Positions 51,074 to 59,777 of a DNA stretch of 64,000 nucleotides are shown one piece after another (the first letter of the stretch is position 1; each line of letters starts with the position of its first letter). The notes below the pieces were generated by a model. The model made no database searches, was not told the origin of the DNA, and was given only the letters and a program-made list of their open reading frames with translations. A program made the translations under genes and the position numbers. Source of the stretch: Spirochaetota bacterium (GTDB taxonomy: Bacteria > Spirochaetota > Brachyspiria > Brachyspirales > JACRPF01); the NCBI GenBank assembly GCA_016214035.1, contig JACRPF010000017.1:23427-87426 (forward strand). Direction: 5' to 3'.

Positions 51074-51952
51074 CTACTCCACGTGCTCCGGTTTCCCGCT
51101 GACAAATGAACGTTCAGCCGCGTCGAGAATAGCCATGGCCTCAAGAGAATCCGTTATGCTTACCGGTGTACTCTTACCGGCGAAAAAATCGGCTATCACT
51201 TTTAAAAGATCGGTATACATATTCTTCGTATCCGCCGTGTATGACACCGCCTGCTTCTTGTCACGCAGGGTGCCGCCATACGTCCAGACACCGTCTACAA
51301 GCTCCGCTATCGCTCTCCTGCCGTCATTATAGGCGATATGCAGCACCACGCCCTGCCCGTCTTTCAGCGTTTGAACCGATGCCGCACCCGTCCCCATGAC
51401 TGCGGTTATACGCTCGACCGTATGGACACCGTACCATACTATTGAACTCCCGGCGGGCGCTTTCCCGAGCGGACCGTACACATAGGTGTTTGTCGGCGAT
51501 GCTATCGCCCGCGATGCGGCAAGAACATCGGGAACGAATCTGAGCGAGGTTGCGGTAAAATACCGTATGTTGTTTACGCGTGCTATGGCATCAATCTCTC
51601 TCGCGTTCGCGAGCGTATCCGCCATCGGCTTGTCGAGAAACACCGGTTTACCGAGCGCGGCGCATTTTTTAAAGTACGGCAGATGAAACGCCGGATCGTT
51701 TATCTCAAGCATTATGGCGTCACTCACGGCAACCGCCGTATCAAAATCATCGGTGACATTCACGCCCCATGCCTCAAGCTGTTTCTGCCGGGCGTCGAGC
51801 CCTTCCTTGTTCTGAAACGGCGTGTCAAATCGCAGACAGCTTACCGCATGCAATCCAGCGACCTTCTGCTCCGGCGGACATGACGTATCGTTCATCCGTT
51901 TCGGAAATTCAACCGAATGGCTCGTATCAAGGCCGATGATGGCAATATTCAT
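51074..51952 (-). CDS. Gfo/Idh/MocA-family oxidoreductase
   Basis: IAIIGLDTSH, FLDKP, TSLRF, WYGVH; GGAG RBS. Confidence 0.88.
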   Translation of the reverse strand: MNIAIIGLDTSHSVEFPKRMNDTSCPPEQKVAGLHAVSCLRFDTPFQNKEGLDARQKQLEAWGVNVTDDFDTAVAVSDAIMLEINDPAFHLPYFKKCAALGKPVFLDKPMADTLANAREIDAIARVNNIRYFTATSLRFVPDVLAASRAIASPTNTYVYGPLGKAPAGSSIVWYGVHTVERITAVMGTGAASVQTLKDGQGVVLHIAYNDGRRAIAELVDGVWTYGGTLRDKKQAVSYTADTKNMYTDLLKVIADFFAGKSTPVSITDSLEAMAILDAAERSFVSGKPEHVE

Positions 51953-52110
51953 TTTATTACTCCGCATTGTATTTGTCCATAACAGTAGCGCCTGTGGAAT
52001 GTATCGAAAATGGACGAATACCCAAAACGGCATGGACAATCACGGAATCATCGCTTGGGGAACTGCAGCGGATGCTTGACTTTTACGGCTGCATATAGCA
52101 TTATACCGCC

Positions 52111-52977
52111 ATGCGTAACAAGCTCATCAGCTATCCGCTCAAGGACGGACATCACCCGCATTTTCATTTTACGATTGGAAAAACCCGCGTAGCAAAGGAA
52201 TTTCACGACCACACACACTCATACTCGGAACTGGTGATCACACTCGGCGGCACGGCCGCGCACCGCATCAACGACAATGTGCATATGATCAAAGCGGGCG
52301 ATGTGTTTGTCATGCAGGGCACGGTCAGCCACGGGTTCACCGATTGCCGTGATCTCGTGCTGTGCAATATCGGCTACTACCCCGCCATGCTTGCGCCCAT
52401 CGAACATTATGTCAGACGATCACCGGGATATCAGGCGGTATTCCTCATCGGCCCCGCGCAGCATGAGCATGCCATCTGTACGATGAAACTGCCGCTCCCC
52501 GACATACGTGAGCTCGAACCGATGATTGACCGCATGATAGCCGAATATCTGGCAAAAAAAATCGGATATGAAGCGGTGCTCACCGGTATGTTCCACGGCT
52601 TTGTCGTTGAGCTCATCCGCCGCTATACACCGCACGCCACCGACGCGCCGGAAAGCATACTCAAACTGGCCGCCATGATCAGCCATATGGAAGCGCATTT
52701 TCTTGAACCGCTGCGTCTTCATGAACTTGCCCGCATGGCGGGGCTTTCCGAGCGTCAGCTCCTGCGAGTATTCCGGGCGAACTACCATACCACGCCGATA
52801 GACTATATGCTGAGGCTCCGCATCATGCACGCGTCGCGTCTTCTGCGTGATACGGATACACCGATAGCCGACATCGCTTTCGCAAGCGGTTTTTCAGACA
52901 GCAATTATTTCACACGCCAATTCAAACGCATCATCGGACAGACGCCGTCAGCCTATCGCACGTTCGTTATCCGCTGA
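52111..52977 (+). CDS. AraC-family regulator (RhaS/RhaR-like)
   Basis: HTHSYSELV, GDVFV, IAFASGFSDSNYFTRQFK. Confidence 0.93.
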   Translation: MRNKLISYPLKDGHHPHFHFTIGKTRVAKEFHDHTHSYSELVITLGGTAAHRINDNVHMIKAGDVFVMQGTVSHGFTDCRDLVLCNIGYYPAMLAPIEHYVRRSPGYQAVFLIGPAQHEHAICTMKLPLPDIRELEPMIDRMIAEYLAKKIGYEAVLTGMFHGFVVELIRRYTPHATDAPESILKLAAMISHMEAHFLEPLRLHELARMAGLSERQLLRVFRANYHTTPIDYMLRLRIMHASRLLRDTDTPIADIAFASGFSDSNYFTRQFKRIIGQTPSAYRTFVIR

Positions 52978-53010
52978 CACGGCAACAGCAATCGGGACAA
53001 AGTACACGGC

Positions 53011-54366
53011 CTACCCTTCCGCTTCATCCGAGACCATTTCTCCCATTTTGCGGTACAACGTTGCCCGTTCTATACCAAGAACCTTAGCCGCCTTCACTTT
53101 GTTAAATTTATGCGCGGCAAGCACATGGCTGATATACTGTTTTTCCACTTCTTCAAGAAGCGGCATTCCCTCGACGGTGAATCCGCCCGCTGCCGGCTCC
53201 GACGACAGTTCGCCGGGTATATTATTCTCCGTCAACGCAGACCCTGACGACATTACAACCATATTCTCTATGGTATTTCTCAGTTGACGTATATTCCCGT
53301 CCCAGCGCATCGACGACAGCGTCTTATATACCTTCGGCGCAATTTCCTGTATTTCCTTGCGGTGCTCCCGAGAAAATTCCTTGATGAAATTATTAATAAG
53401 GAGCGGTATATCCTCACGGCGTTCACGAAGCGGCGGCAGTTCTATTTTCACCACATTCAGACGATAGAAGAGATCTTCACGGAACCGTTTTTCCCTGACC
53501 TCATCAAGGAGATGCTTGTTCGTTGCGGTGATGATGCGTATATCAACCGGAATGGGCTCATTCGACCCCACGCGCTCAATGACATGCTGCTCAAGCACGC
53601 GCAGGAGTTTCACCTGAAGCGCCGGCGTAAGTTCACCAATCTCATCGATGAATATCGTCCCCGTGTTCGCCGCCTCAAAACGGCCTATCTTTCTCGCCAT
53701 GGCGCCGGTAAATGAACCTTTCTCATGACCGAAAAGTTCGCTTTCAAGCACGCCTTCGGAAAGCGCGGCGCAATTCACCTTAATGAGCGGTGCTTTCACG
53801 CGGTCTGAAAGCGCATGTATGGCGTTTGCCACGAGCTCTTTACCCGTCCCGCTCTCGCCCTCGATGAGCACGGTGGCTTTGGTGGGCGCAACACTTTTTA
53901 TCTGATCGTATATCTTCTGCATGGAACGCGACTTCCCAATCATCCCCTGAAAGCTTTCGTCATACACTACGCGGCTTTCAAGCACATCCTTCTCACGTTT
54001 GATGCGTTTCGTCTCAAGCGCGCGCGCCACGATGAGCGAAAGTTTGTCTATATTCAGGGGCTTGGTGAGAAAATCGTACGCGCCAAGCCGCATCATCTCG
54101 ACCGCCTTACCCACATCCCCATGACCGGTGATGATGATCACGGGTATATAGCGGTCGAATTCGAGCATCTCGGCGAGCATTTCCTCTCCGGACATCTCGG
54201 GCATTTTCAAATCAGCGATGACGAGATCGATACCGCCTTTATAAACGCGCGCAATACCCTCTTTGCCGTTCTCGGCGGTATGCACCGCGTAGCCGTCATA
54301 TTCCAGCGACTTGCACAAACCGTCACGTATGTTCTTTTCATCATCAACGATTAATATAGTTGCCAT
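53011..54366 (-). CDS. sigma54-dependent NtrC-family response regulator
   Basis: Receiver (DD, DLKMP), [31 protein letters not shown], Fis-type HTH. Confidence 0.95.
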   Translation of the reverse strand: MATILIVDDEKNIRDGLCKSLEYDGYAVHTAENGKEGIARVYKGGIDLVIADLKMPEMSGEEMLAEMLEFDRYIPVIIITGHGDVGKAVEMMRLGAYDFLTKPLNIDKLSLIVARALETKRIKREKDVLESRVVYDESFQGMIGKSRSMQKIYDQIKSVAPTKATVLIEGESGTGKELVANAIHALSDRVKAPLIKVNCAALSEGVLESELFGHEKGSFTGAMARKIGRFEAANTGTIFIDEIGELTPALQVKLLRVLEQHVIERVGSNEPIPVDIRIITATNKHLLDEVREKRFREDLFYRLNVVKIELPPLRERREDIPLLINNFIKEFSREHRKEIQEIAPKVYKTLSSMRWDGNIRQLRNTIENMVVMSSGSALTENNIPGELSSEPAAGGFTVEGMPLLEEVEKQYISHVLAAHKFNKVKAAKVLGIERATLYRKMGEMVSDEAEG

Positions 54367-55547
54367 CAGTTCGTTCCCCCGAGCAGTTTTCTATCCGATG
54401 AATTGACCGGCAAGGTCAGCGTCACTTCGGTCCATTTATTGACTTCACTCGTCACCGTAACATCGCCGTTATGCGCCTTGATGATACGATACACATTGGT
54501 CAGCCCCAATCCCGTGCCCGATTTCTTTGTCGTAAAATACGGCTCAAAGAGCTTGCCGATATTCTTCTTTGCAATGCCGACGCCGCTGTCGCGCACCTTG
54601 ATGACCACAGAACTCCGCGCATGATCATGCGTCACCCTCACCTGTATCTTTTTTACGCGGCAGTTCGCGAGCGCGTCAACGGAATTCTGGATGATGTTGA
54701 TCATCGCCTGCTTGATATACCTGACGTCCACATCGATCTCGGGGATGTCGTCACCGAGACTCACATCAACGGTAATCGTCTGACGTTCAATCTCATATTT
54801 CAGGAAGCTGATAGTTTCGGTGATGATGCTGCCGATGGACGCGCGGCTGATGTCAAGATTTATCTTCCGTACCGCAAAAAGAAAACTGTTGACGATATCC
54901 TCGAGACGGTTCGTCTCTTCCTTGATAATCGTCAGATATTCTTTTATCTCCTGTGTCTCTTTCCGCGTGCCGTCGAGCCGCTGCACTATCTTACCGATGA
55001 GCTGGATATAGATATCAAGTGAACCGAGCGGATTCTTGATCTCGTGGGCGACACCGGCGGCAAGCGTGGTGAGACTTGCCAGATACTCCATGCGCTTCAT
55101 CTCCTGCTCTTTCTCGTAACGTTCCGTGATATCGGCGATCATCACCAGCGAACCCTTTATCACGCCCGCCTTGGCAAGCGAGAGCACATGCACCGAGCTT
55201 ATCGAGGCTACACCGTCACGTTCGCCGCTCACAATCTGCTGATAGTTCTCGGCACTCGCGAGCCCTTCGAGAATCGGGTCCTTGAGATGACTTCCCGCAA
55301 GCAGTTCCGCTATGTCGCTGCCGCGCGCGGACGCCTTCACATTGAAAAGAAATGCGGCCTGCTTATTGAGCGCGAGCACGCGCCGGTCCTTATCGATGGC
55401 GACGATGCCTTCATTCAGGTTATCAAGCATGAGCGTATAGACACTGGTATCCCGGGCAAGCTGTGTGAGAATGCGCTTAAGCTCATCACCGGAGAGTTTC
55501 TCAAAATGGCTGAGAACGTTATCTATGAAAGCGGTTGTGTCGGTCAT
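54366..55547 (-). CDS. Cytoplasmic PAS sensor histidine kinase
   Basis: PAS (NLNEGIVAID), AHEIKNPL, N-box, DSGVGI, FTTK, GTGLGL; no TM. Confidence 0.93.
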   Translation of the reverse strand: MTDTTAFIDNVLSHFEKLSGDELKRILTQLARDTSVYTLMLDNLNEGIVAIDKDRRVLALNKQAAFLFNVKASARGSDIAELLAGSHLKDPILEGLASAENYQQIVSGERDGVASISSVHVLSLAKAGVIKGSLVMIADITERYEKEQEMKRMEYLASLTTLAAGVAHEIKNPLGSLDIYIQLIGKIVQRLDGTRKETQEIKEYLTIIKEETNRLEDIVNSFLFAVRKINLDISRASIGSIITETISFLKYEIERQTITVDVSLGDDIPEIDVDVRYIKQAMINIIQNSVDALANCRVKKIQVRVTHDHARSSVVIKVRDSGVGIAKKNIGKLFEPYFTTKKSGTGLGLTNVYRIIKAHNGDVTVTSEVNKWTEVTLTLPVNSSDRKLLGGTN

Positions 55548-55693
55548 TGCTGTTCCGGAACTTACGTATGATTTGTGAGCGGATACATCATAAAACGGCG
55601 TCACGTATTTGTCAAGATTTTCTCCGGGCAATGGTTGACAATTTCCATCATTAAACTTATGATTATAGTATCGTATTTCGCAAGGAGCCTCCC

Positions 55694-56041
55694 ATGAGTG
55701 AAAAGAACGACACATTCGCTTTCCTTTCCGGCGTGGTCATCGGCGCGGTGCTTGCGCTCCTGTTCGCCCCGAAGTCCGGCCGCGAAACACGTGAAGACCT
55801 GAAGAAAAAAGCCGGCGATGTGCTGGAAAAAGGCAAAGAAAAAGCTCACGACCTTTATGAACACGGAAAAGAAAAAGCCCATGAGATATATGAACACGGC
55901 AAAGTAAAGGCCGGCGAAGTGTATGCAGAGGGAAAAGTGAAGGCTCATGAGCTCTATGAAAAAGGCAGACACGCGGTCGAGGACGGCATTGACAACGTAA
56001 GCCGGAAGTTCAAAAAAGGCTCCGCCGCGGAAAACGAATGA
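55694..56041 (+). CDS. YtxH-domain protein with 11-aa tandem repeats
   Basis: FLSGVVIGAVLALLFAPKSGRETR; AAGGAG RBS. Confidence 0.9.
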   Translation: MSEKNDTFAFLSGVVIGAVLALLFAPKSGRETREDLKKKAGDVLEKGKEKAHDLYEHGKEKAHEIYEHGKVKAGEVYAEGKVKAHELYEKGRHAVEDGIDNVSRKFKKGSAAENE

Positions 56042-56424
56042 CGAACGACATCGCAACGCAGCTTACCGTAATAGCCGTTTCAACCGCGGCTACAACGGCT
56101 ATTCTTGTACTGCTCCTTATCGTCCTTATTTTTGTACTACTTTCGGGATATCTCAGGATAAAACGTTCGCTCAGCGAGACAATGGATTCAGTGCGTACTA
56201 TCGCCAAAAATGTCGAGGACATATCGTCCATGGTCCGTGACGAGACATCCGGCATCAAAGAGAGCATCGACAAGATTCGCGGCAATATCGATGATGTTAC
56301 CGATACGGTGCATATAGCCACCAGCACGATAAAGAGCACGGTGGCTCGGGCCGCAGAAGAAGCGGAAACCGCCAAAGGCGGCATTTTTTCAGCTATCAGG
56401 AAGCTTTTCTCGCGCGATAAATAG
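56038..56424 (+). CDS. DUF948/YtxG-like membrane-anchored coiled-coil protein
   Basis: One TM then helical domain; ATGA overlap with the ytxH-like gene. Confidence 0.7.
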   Translation: MTNDIATQLTVIAVSTAATTAILVLLLIVLIFVLLSGYLRIKRSLSETMDSVRTIAKNVEDISSMVRDETSGIKESIDKIRGNIDDVTDTVHIATSTIKSTVARAAEEAETAKGGIFSAIRKLFSRDK

Positions 56425-56454
56425 ATATCGCGCATTTGTTCTTTGTACATCTTT

Positions 56455-56532
56455 CGGTTGGGGTGCCGGTGAAAGCCGGCTGAGATCATACCCATTGAAC
56501 CTGAACCGGGTAATACCGGCGGGAGGGAACTG
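56455..56532 (+). promoter_or_regulatory. TPP riboswitch
   Basis: GGGGTGC...GCTGAGA...ACCC...GAACCTGA...GGTAATACC...GGAGGGA upstream of thiM. Confidence 0.95.
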
Positions 56533-56551
56533 AGATGCGATGCACTGTATC

Positions 56552-56583
56552 ACGGCGGCTCCCTCAAGCCGCCGTTTTTTTTT
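56552..56583 (+). terminator. Riboswitch-controlled attenuator
   Basis: acggcggct-ccctca-agccgccgt followed by a T-run; ctccct can alternatively pair with the aptamer 3' strand agggaa/gggag. Confidence 0.85.
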
Positions 56584-56612
56584 ATTACTTATTTTTTATA
56601 AAGGAGTTCCTT

Positions 56613-57407
56613 ATGGACACCGCATCACTGCTCTCGAAAGTCAGAAACGAGAAACCGCTCGTACATCACATCACCAACTGGGTGACGATATACGACTGCG
56701 CCGCGCTCACCAGGGCATTCGGCGCACTGCCCGTCATGGCGCACGCAAAAGAGGAAGCCGCCGATATGACGAACATCGCCGGAGCGCTTGTTCTTAACAT
56801 GGGCACGCTCACGCTTGATCTTGTCGACGCCATGCTGCTGGCCGGCAAGCGTGCCAATATGAACAACATCCCGGTAGTATTCGATGCCGTCGGCGCCGGA
56901 GCCACACCGATGCGCACCGCGGTTGCCGGCAACCTGATGAAAGAAATGCGTATCGACATAATCAAAGGAAATGTATCTGAAATAGCGGTTATGGCGGGCA
57001 TTCAGGCGAAAACGAATGGCGTTGAAGCCGGAGCAGTCAACGAAAATCATGTAGACATTGCCCGGCGTTTGAGTATTATGACGAACTCCGTTGTTGTCAT
57101 CACCGGAAAGCGCGACATCATTGTCCGCGGCAAGGACAGCTACGGCATCGACAACGGACATGAACTTATGGGCGCCGTCGTTGGTACCGGTTGCACGGCG
57201 ACATCGGCCATCGGCTGTTTCGCCGCCGTTGAGAAAGATTACGCGAAAGCCGCCGCATGCGCGCTCTCCTGCTACGGCATCGCCGGTGAACTTGCCGCCC
57301 TCAACGCAAAAGGGCCGGCCAGTTTCAAAACGGCATTTTATGACGCGGTATATAATCTATCGGCGGATGATGTTACCAAGCGGGTTCGTATTGTTTCAGG
57401 GCTGTAG
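56613..57407 (+). CDS. thiM: Hydroxyethylthiazole kinase
   Basis: PLVHHITNWV, LNMGT, IKGNVSEI, GTGC; AAGGAG RBS. Confidence 0.95.
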   Translation: MDTASLLSKVRNEKPLVHHITNWVTIYDCAALTRAFGALPVMAHAKEEAADMTNIAGALVLNMGTLTLDLVDAMLLAGKRANMNNIPVVFDAVGAGATPMRTAVAGNLMKEMRIDIIKGNVSEIAVMAGIQAKTNGVEAGAVNENHVDIARRLSIMTNSVVVITGKRDIIVRGKDSYGIDNGHELMGAVVGTGCTATSAIGCFAAVEKDYAKAAACALSCYGIAGELAALNAKGPASFKTAFYDAVYNLSADDVTKRVRIVSGL

Positions 57408-57441
57408 TGTTTTCCATTTTCAATAAGACAAACAACAGTAC

Positions 57442-57472
57442 GCGCAGGCGCGGTTATTAACCGCGCCTGCGC
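57442..57472. repeat. Perfect palindrome between convergent thiM and cbiR (terminator or REP-like)
   Basis: gcgcaggcgcggtta-t-taaccgcgcctgcgc; no U-tract. Confidence 0.6.
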
Positions 57473-57506
57473 TCATCGTCCGTCAACCCGCATATGTTAA
57501 TGAATA

Positions 57507-58295
57507 TCAAAAATACTTTGCAAGGCATTCACACGAATTACAAAAATCGTCCTTATCGAAGACCTCGATAATCGCCGTACCTCGAAAGTCTTTGAGAAAC
57601 GGCAGTACATCGTTTTGAAACCGCGGGTCGGTATCAACGACTGCTTTATGGTCACGTTCACCCAGAAATCCGTGTATATGCGCGGTCTTCACGTTCGGTC
57701 CGAACACATCCATGAAACCGCTCACCGTCTTTCCCGTACGATGCAGATGACCCGCGTCCATACATATGGTACAGTCTGCCGCACTGAGAATATCGGAAAA
57801 ATAAGTGAAATCGTACCCCGTATTTTCAATATGCAGCTTATCCCACGGCAGTGAAGGCCGCAGACAATCGAGCACGAATTTTAAGCGCTCGCGGCTTTCA
57901 TTGCCCAGTACAACCGCGGGATATTTAAAATCCACACAGCGGTCTATATGCAGAATATACGACACAACGTCGATTTCAGCCGTCGCGGTAATTATGGACT
58001 CGATGCTGCTGAGCACAGTGCCGGGAGAAACCGCATTATTCATGAGGTCGTAATCGATAGGCAGATGCACCACGTAGTTGATGCCGCTTTCGGCGCGAAT
58101 TTCCTTAAGCCGCAGCACAATCTCACGGGACATCACATCGGCAAGATAATCTTTTCCGAAAAATAAAAGCTGAACAACATCAACGGCATCTTTCAGCAGA
58201 CGTACATTCTCGATGAGATTGTCTTTTTCCACCGGGACAATATAGGAAGTCGTCCCTACTGCGAACGGGAATCTGCGCCTGACTGCCGGTATCAT
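57507..58295 (-). CDS. cbiR: Cobamide remodelling phosphodiesterase CbiR-like (AP endonuclease 2 fold)
   Basis: PFAVGTTSYIVP, VHLP, IEN, CMDAGH, HIHG...DH, IEVF; coupled to cobS. Confidence 0.8.
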   Translation of the reverse strand: MIPAVRRRFPFAVGTTSYIVPVEKDNLIENVRLLKDAVDVVQLLFFGKDYLADVMSREIVLRLKEIRAESGINYVVHLPIDYDLMNNAVSPGTVLSSIESIITATAEIDVVSYILHIDRCVDFKYPAVVLGNESRERLKFVLDCLRPSLPWDKLHIENTGYDFTYFSDILSAADCTICMDAGHLHRTGKTVSGFMDVFGPNVKTAHIHGFLGERDHKAVVDTDPRFQNDVLPFLKDFRGTAIIEVFDKDDFCNSCECLAKYF

Positions 58296-59071
58296 GATAT
58301 CCCGAAGCGATACGCGGTGATAAACAAAAGCAGTACGGCAAGCTCGGTCAACTCATTCATTGCGCCAAGCACATCGCCGGTCACTCCGCCTATCCTGGCA
58401 TTCGCGTAGGCACGGACGAGAAATGCCGCCGCGACTGTAAAAACCATTGCCAGAGCAACCGTCAACGGGACATGCATAAGGAACGCATAACCGCCCAGCA
58501 CGGCAAGACAGACGGCCGTTGACAGCACAAGCGATAAAACCGGTATCACACCGATGAACGCCTTCGCCGTCCCTTTCTCGCGGGGATAGCGGCCCATATA
58601 CGCAAGTAAGACCATGCCATAACGCCCGAACACGGGGATGATCGCGAGTACCGCCCACGACACCGTTGCGGCTGTCATGCCGAGCAGCACATACTTGGCA
58701 AGCAGATAGAGTACACCGCCGCCGAGCGCGAAGCTGCCGACACGGCTGTCCTTCATGATGGCAAGTCGCTCCGTGGGTGTGCGGTTCGCAAGAAAGCCGT
58801 CGAACATATCGCACAAGCCGTCGAAATGCAGAAACTTGTTCAACGCATACCAGAGCACCATCACGAGAACGGGGATAAGGGGGATTGCATTGCACGCGAC
58901 ACCGGCCAAAGCAGCACCATATCCGGCAAAGCCGAAAAGAAGACCGACGAGGGGGAAAAAAAGCACCGAGCCTGCAAGCATTTTTTCACTGAACGGCATC
59001 CGTTTCGGGAACGGCACCGGGATCGCGGTGAGCGTTGAGAATGCCAGCAGAAACGACGACACCAAACGCAT
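58292..59071 (-). CDS. cobS: Adenosylcobinamide-GDP ribazoletransferase
   Basis: LHFDGLCDMFDG, IMKDSRVGSF, GGVTGDVLGA. Confidence 0.95.
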   Translation of the reverse strand: MRLVSSFLLAFSTLTAIPVPFPKRMPFSEKMLAGSVLFFPLVGLLFGFAGYGAALAGVACNAIPLIPVLVMVLWYALNKFLHFDGLCDMFDGFLANRTPTERLAIMKDSRVGSFALGGGVLYLLAKYVLLGMTAATVSWAVLAIIPVFGRYGMVLLAYMGRYPREKGTAKAFIGVIPVLSLVLSTAVCLAVLGGYAFLMHVPLTVALAMVFTVAAAFLVRAYANARIGGVTGDVLGAMNELTELAVLLLFITAYRFGIS

Positions 59072-59727
59072 TATTTCAACCGTATCGGTACACCGGCCAC
59101 GAGATAGAACACATAGTCGGCGATATCGGCAAGCTTCTGGACGATACGGCCGTGAATATCACGGTAATTACGCGTCATCGCATCCGCAGGAACGATTCCC
59201 TGCCCGAGCTCATTGGCGACTGCGATGAGGAACTTATCCTGTTCGCTGTGATTCTTTAAAAGTTCTTTGATGGGATAGGTATAATCGCCCCGTTCCGCGA
59301 TGAGCAGCCGTTCAAAAAAGCCGTCATCCTCTTTATTCACCGATGCGGGATCTTTCCCCCAACGGACGGCAATGTCATCTATCATGGTGGCGGCCACCTG
59401 TTCGATAGGATCGTCCTTTCGCTGAAAGAACAGGTTCCCGAGCCATGTGGTGATGCATTCAAGGAGGAATACGCCGTGCGAGCTGAAAGCCCCGCCGAGA
59501 GCCGCGGCAATACCGATGGGCTCCTCTATGGTCTGATATATGCCCGACCGCCGCTCACGATGTACATCGATACGCCGCCTGAATTCGTCGTCCGTGGCTG
59601 TTGCTGTGGCGATATACGCTATATCACGAAGCGGCTTGAATCGCGAGTTCATCTCGCGTGCCAGGCGTTCGGCGAACATACTTTTACCGGACCGCGCGCC
59701 GCCGAGCACCAGAATTATACGCTCCAT
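59071..59727 (-). CDS. cobU: Adenosylcobinamide kinase/phosphate guanylyltransferase
   Basis: GGARSGKS, YIATA, RIDVHRERR, NELGQGIVP, VAGVP. Confidence 0.93.
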   Translation of the reverse strand: MERIILVLGGARSGKSMFAERLAREMNSRFKPLRDIAYIATATATDDEFRRRIDVHRERRSGIYQTIEEPIGIAAALGGAFSSHGVFLLECITTWLGNLFFQRKDDPIEQVAATMIDDIAVRWGKDPASVNKEDDGFFERLLIAERGDYTYPIKELLKNHSEQDKFLIAVANELGQGIVPADAMTRNYRDIHGRIVQKLADIADYVFYLVAGVPIRLK

Positions 59728-59777
59728 TAAGGATCTCCTCGCCCGCAACGGGCGGGGAATATCGTATCACGAATCCG

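Noticed and set aside
52010-52040. ATGGAC direct repeats as AraC half-sites
   Set aside because: Plausible by position (22-bp spacing) but too short to support without footprinting data.
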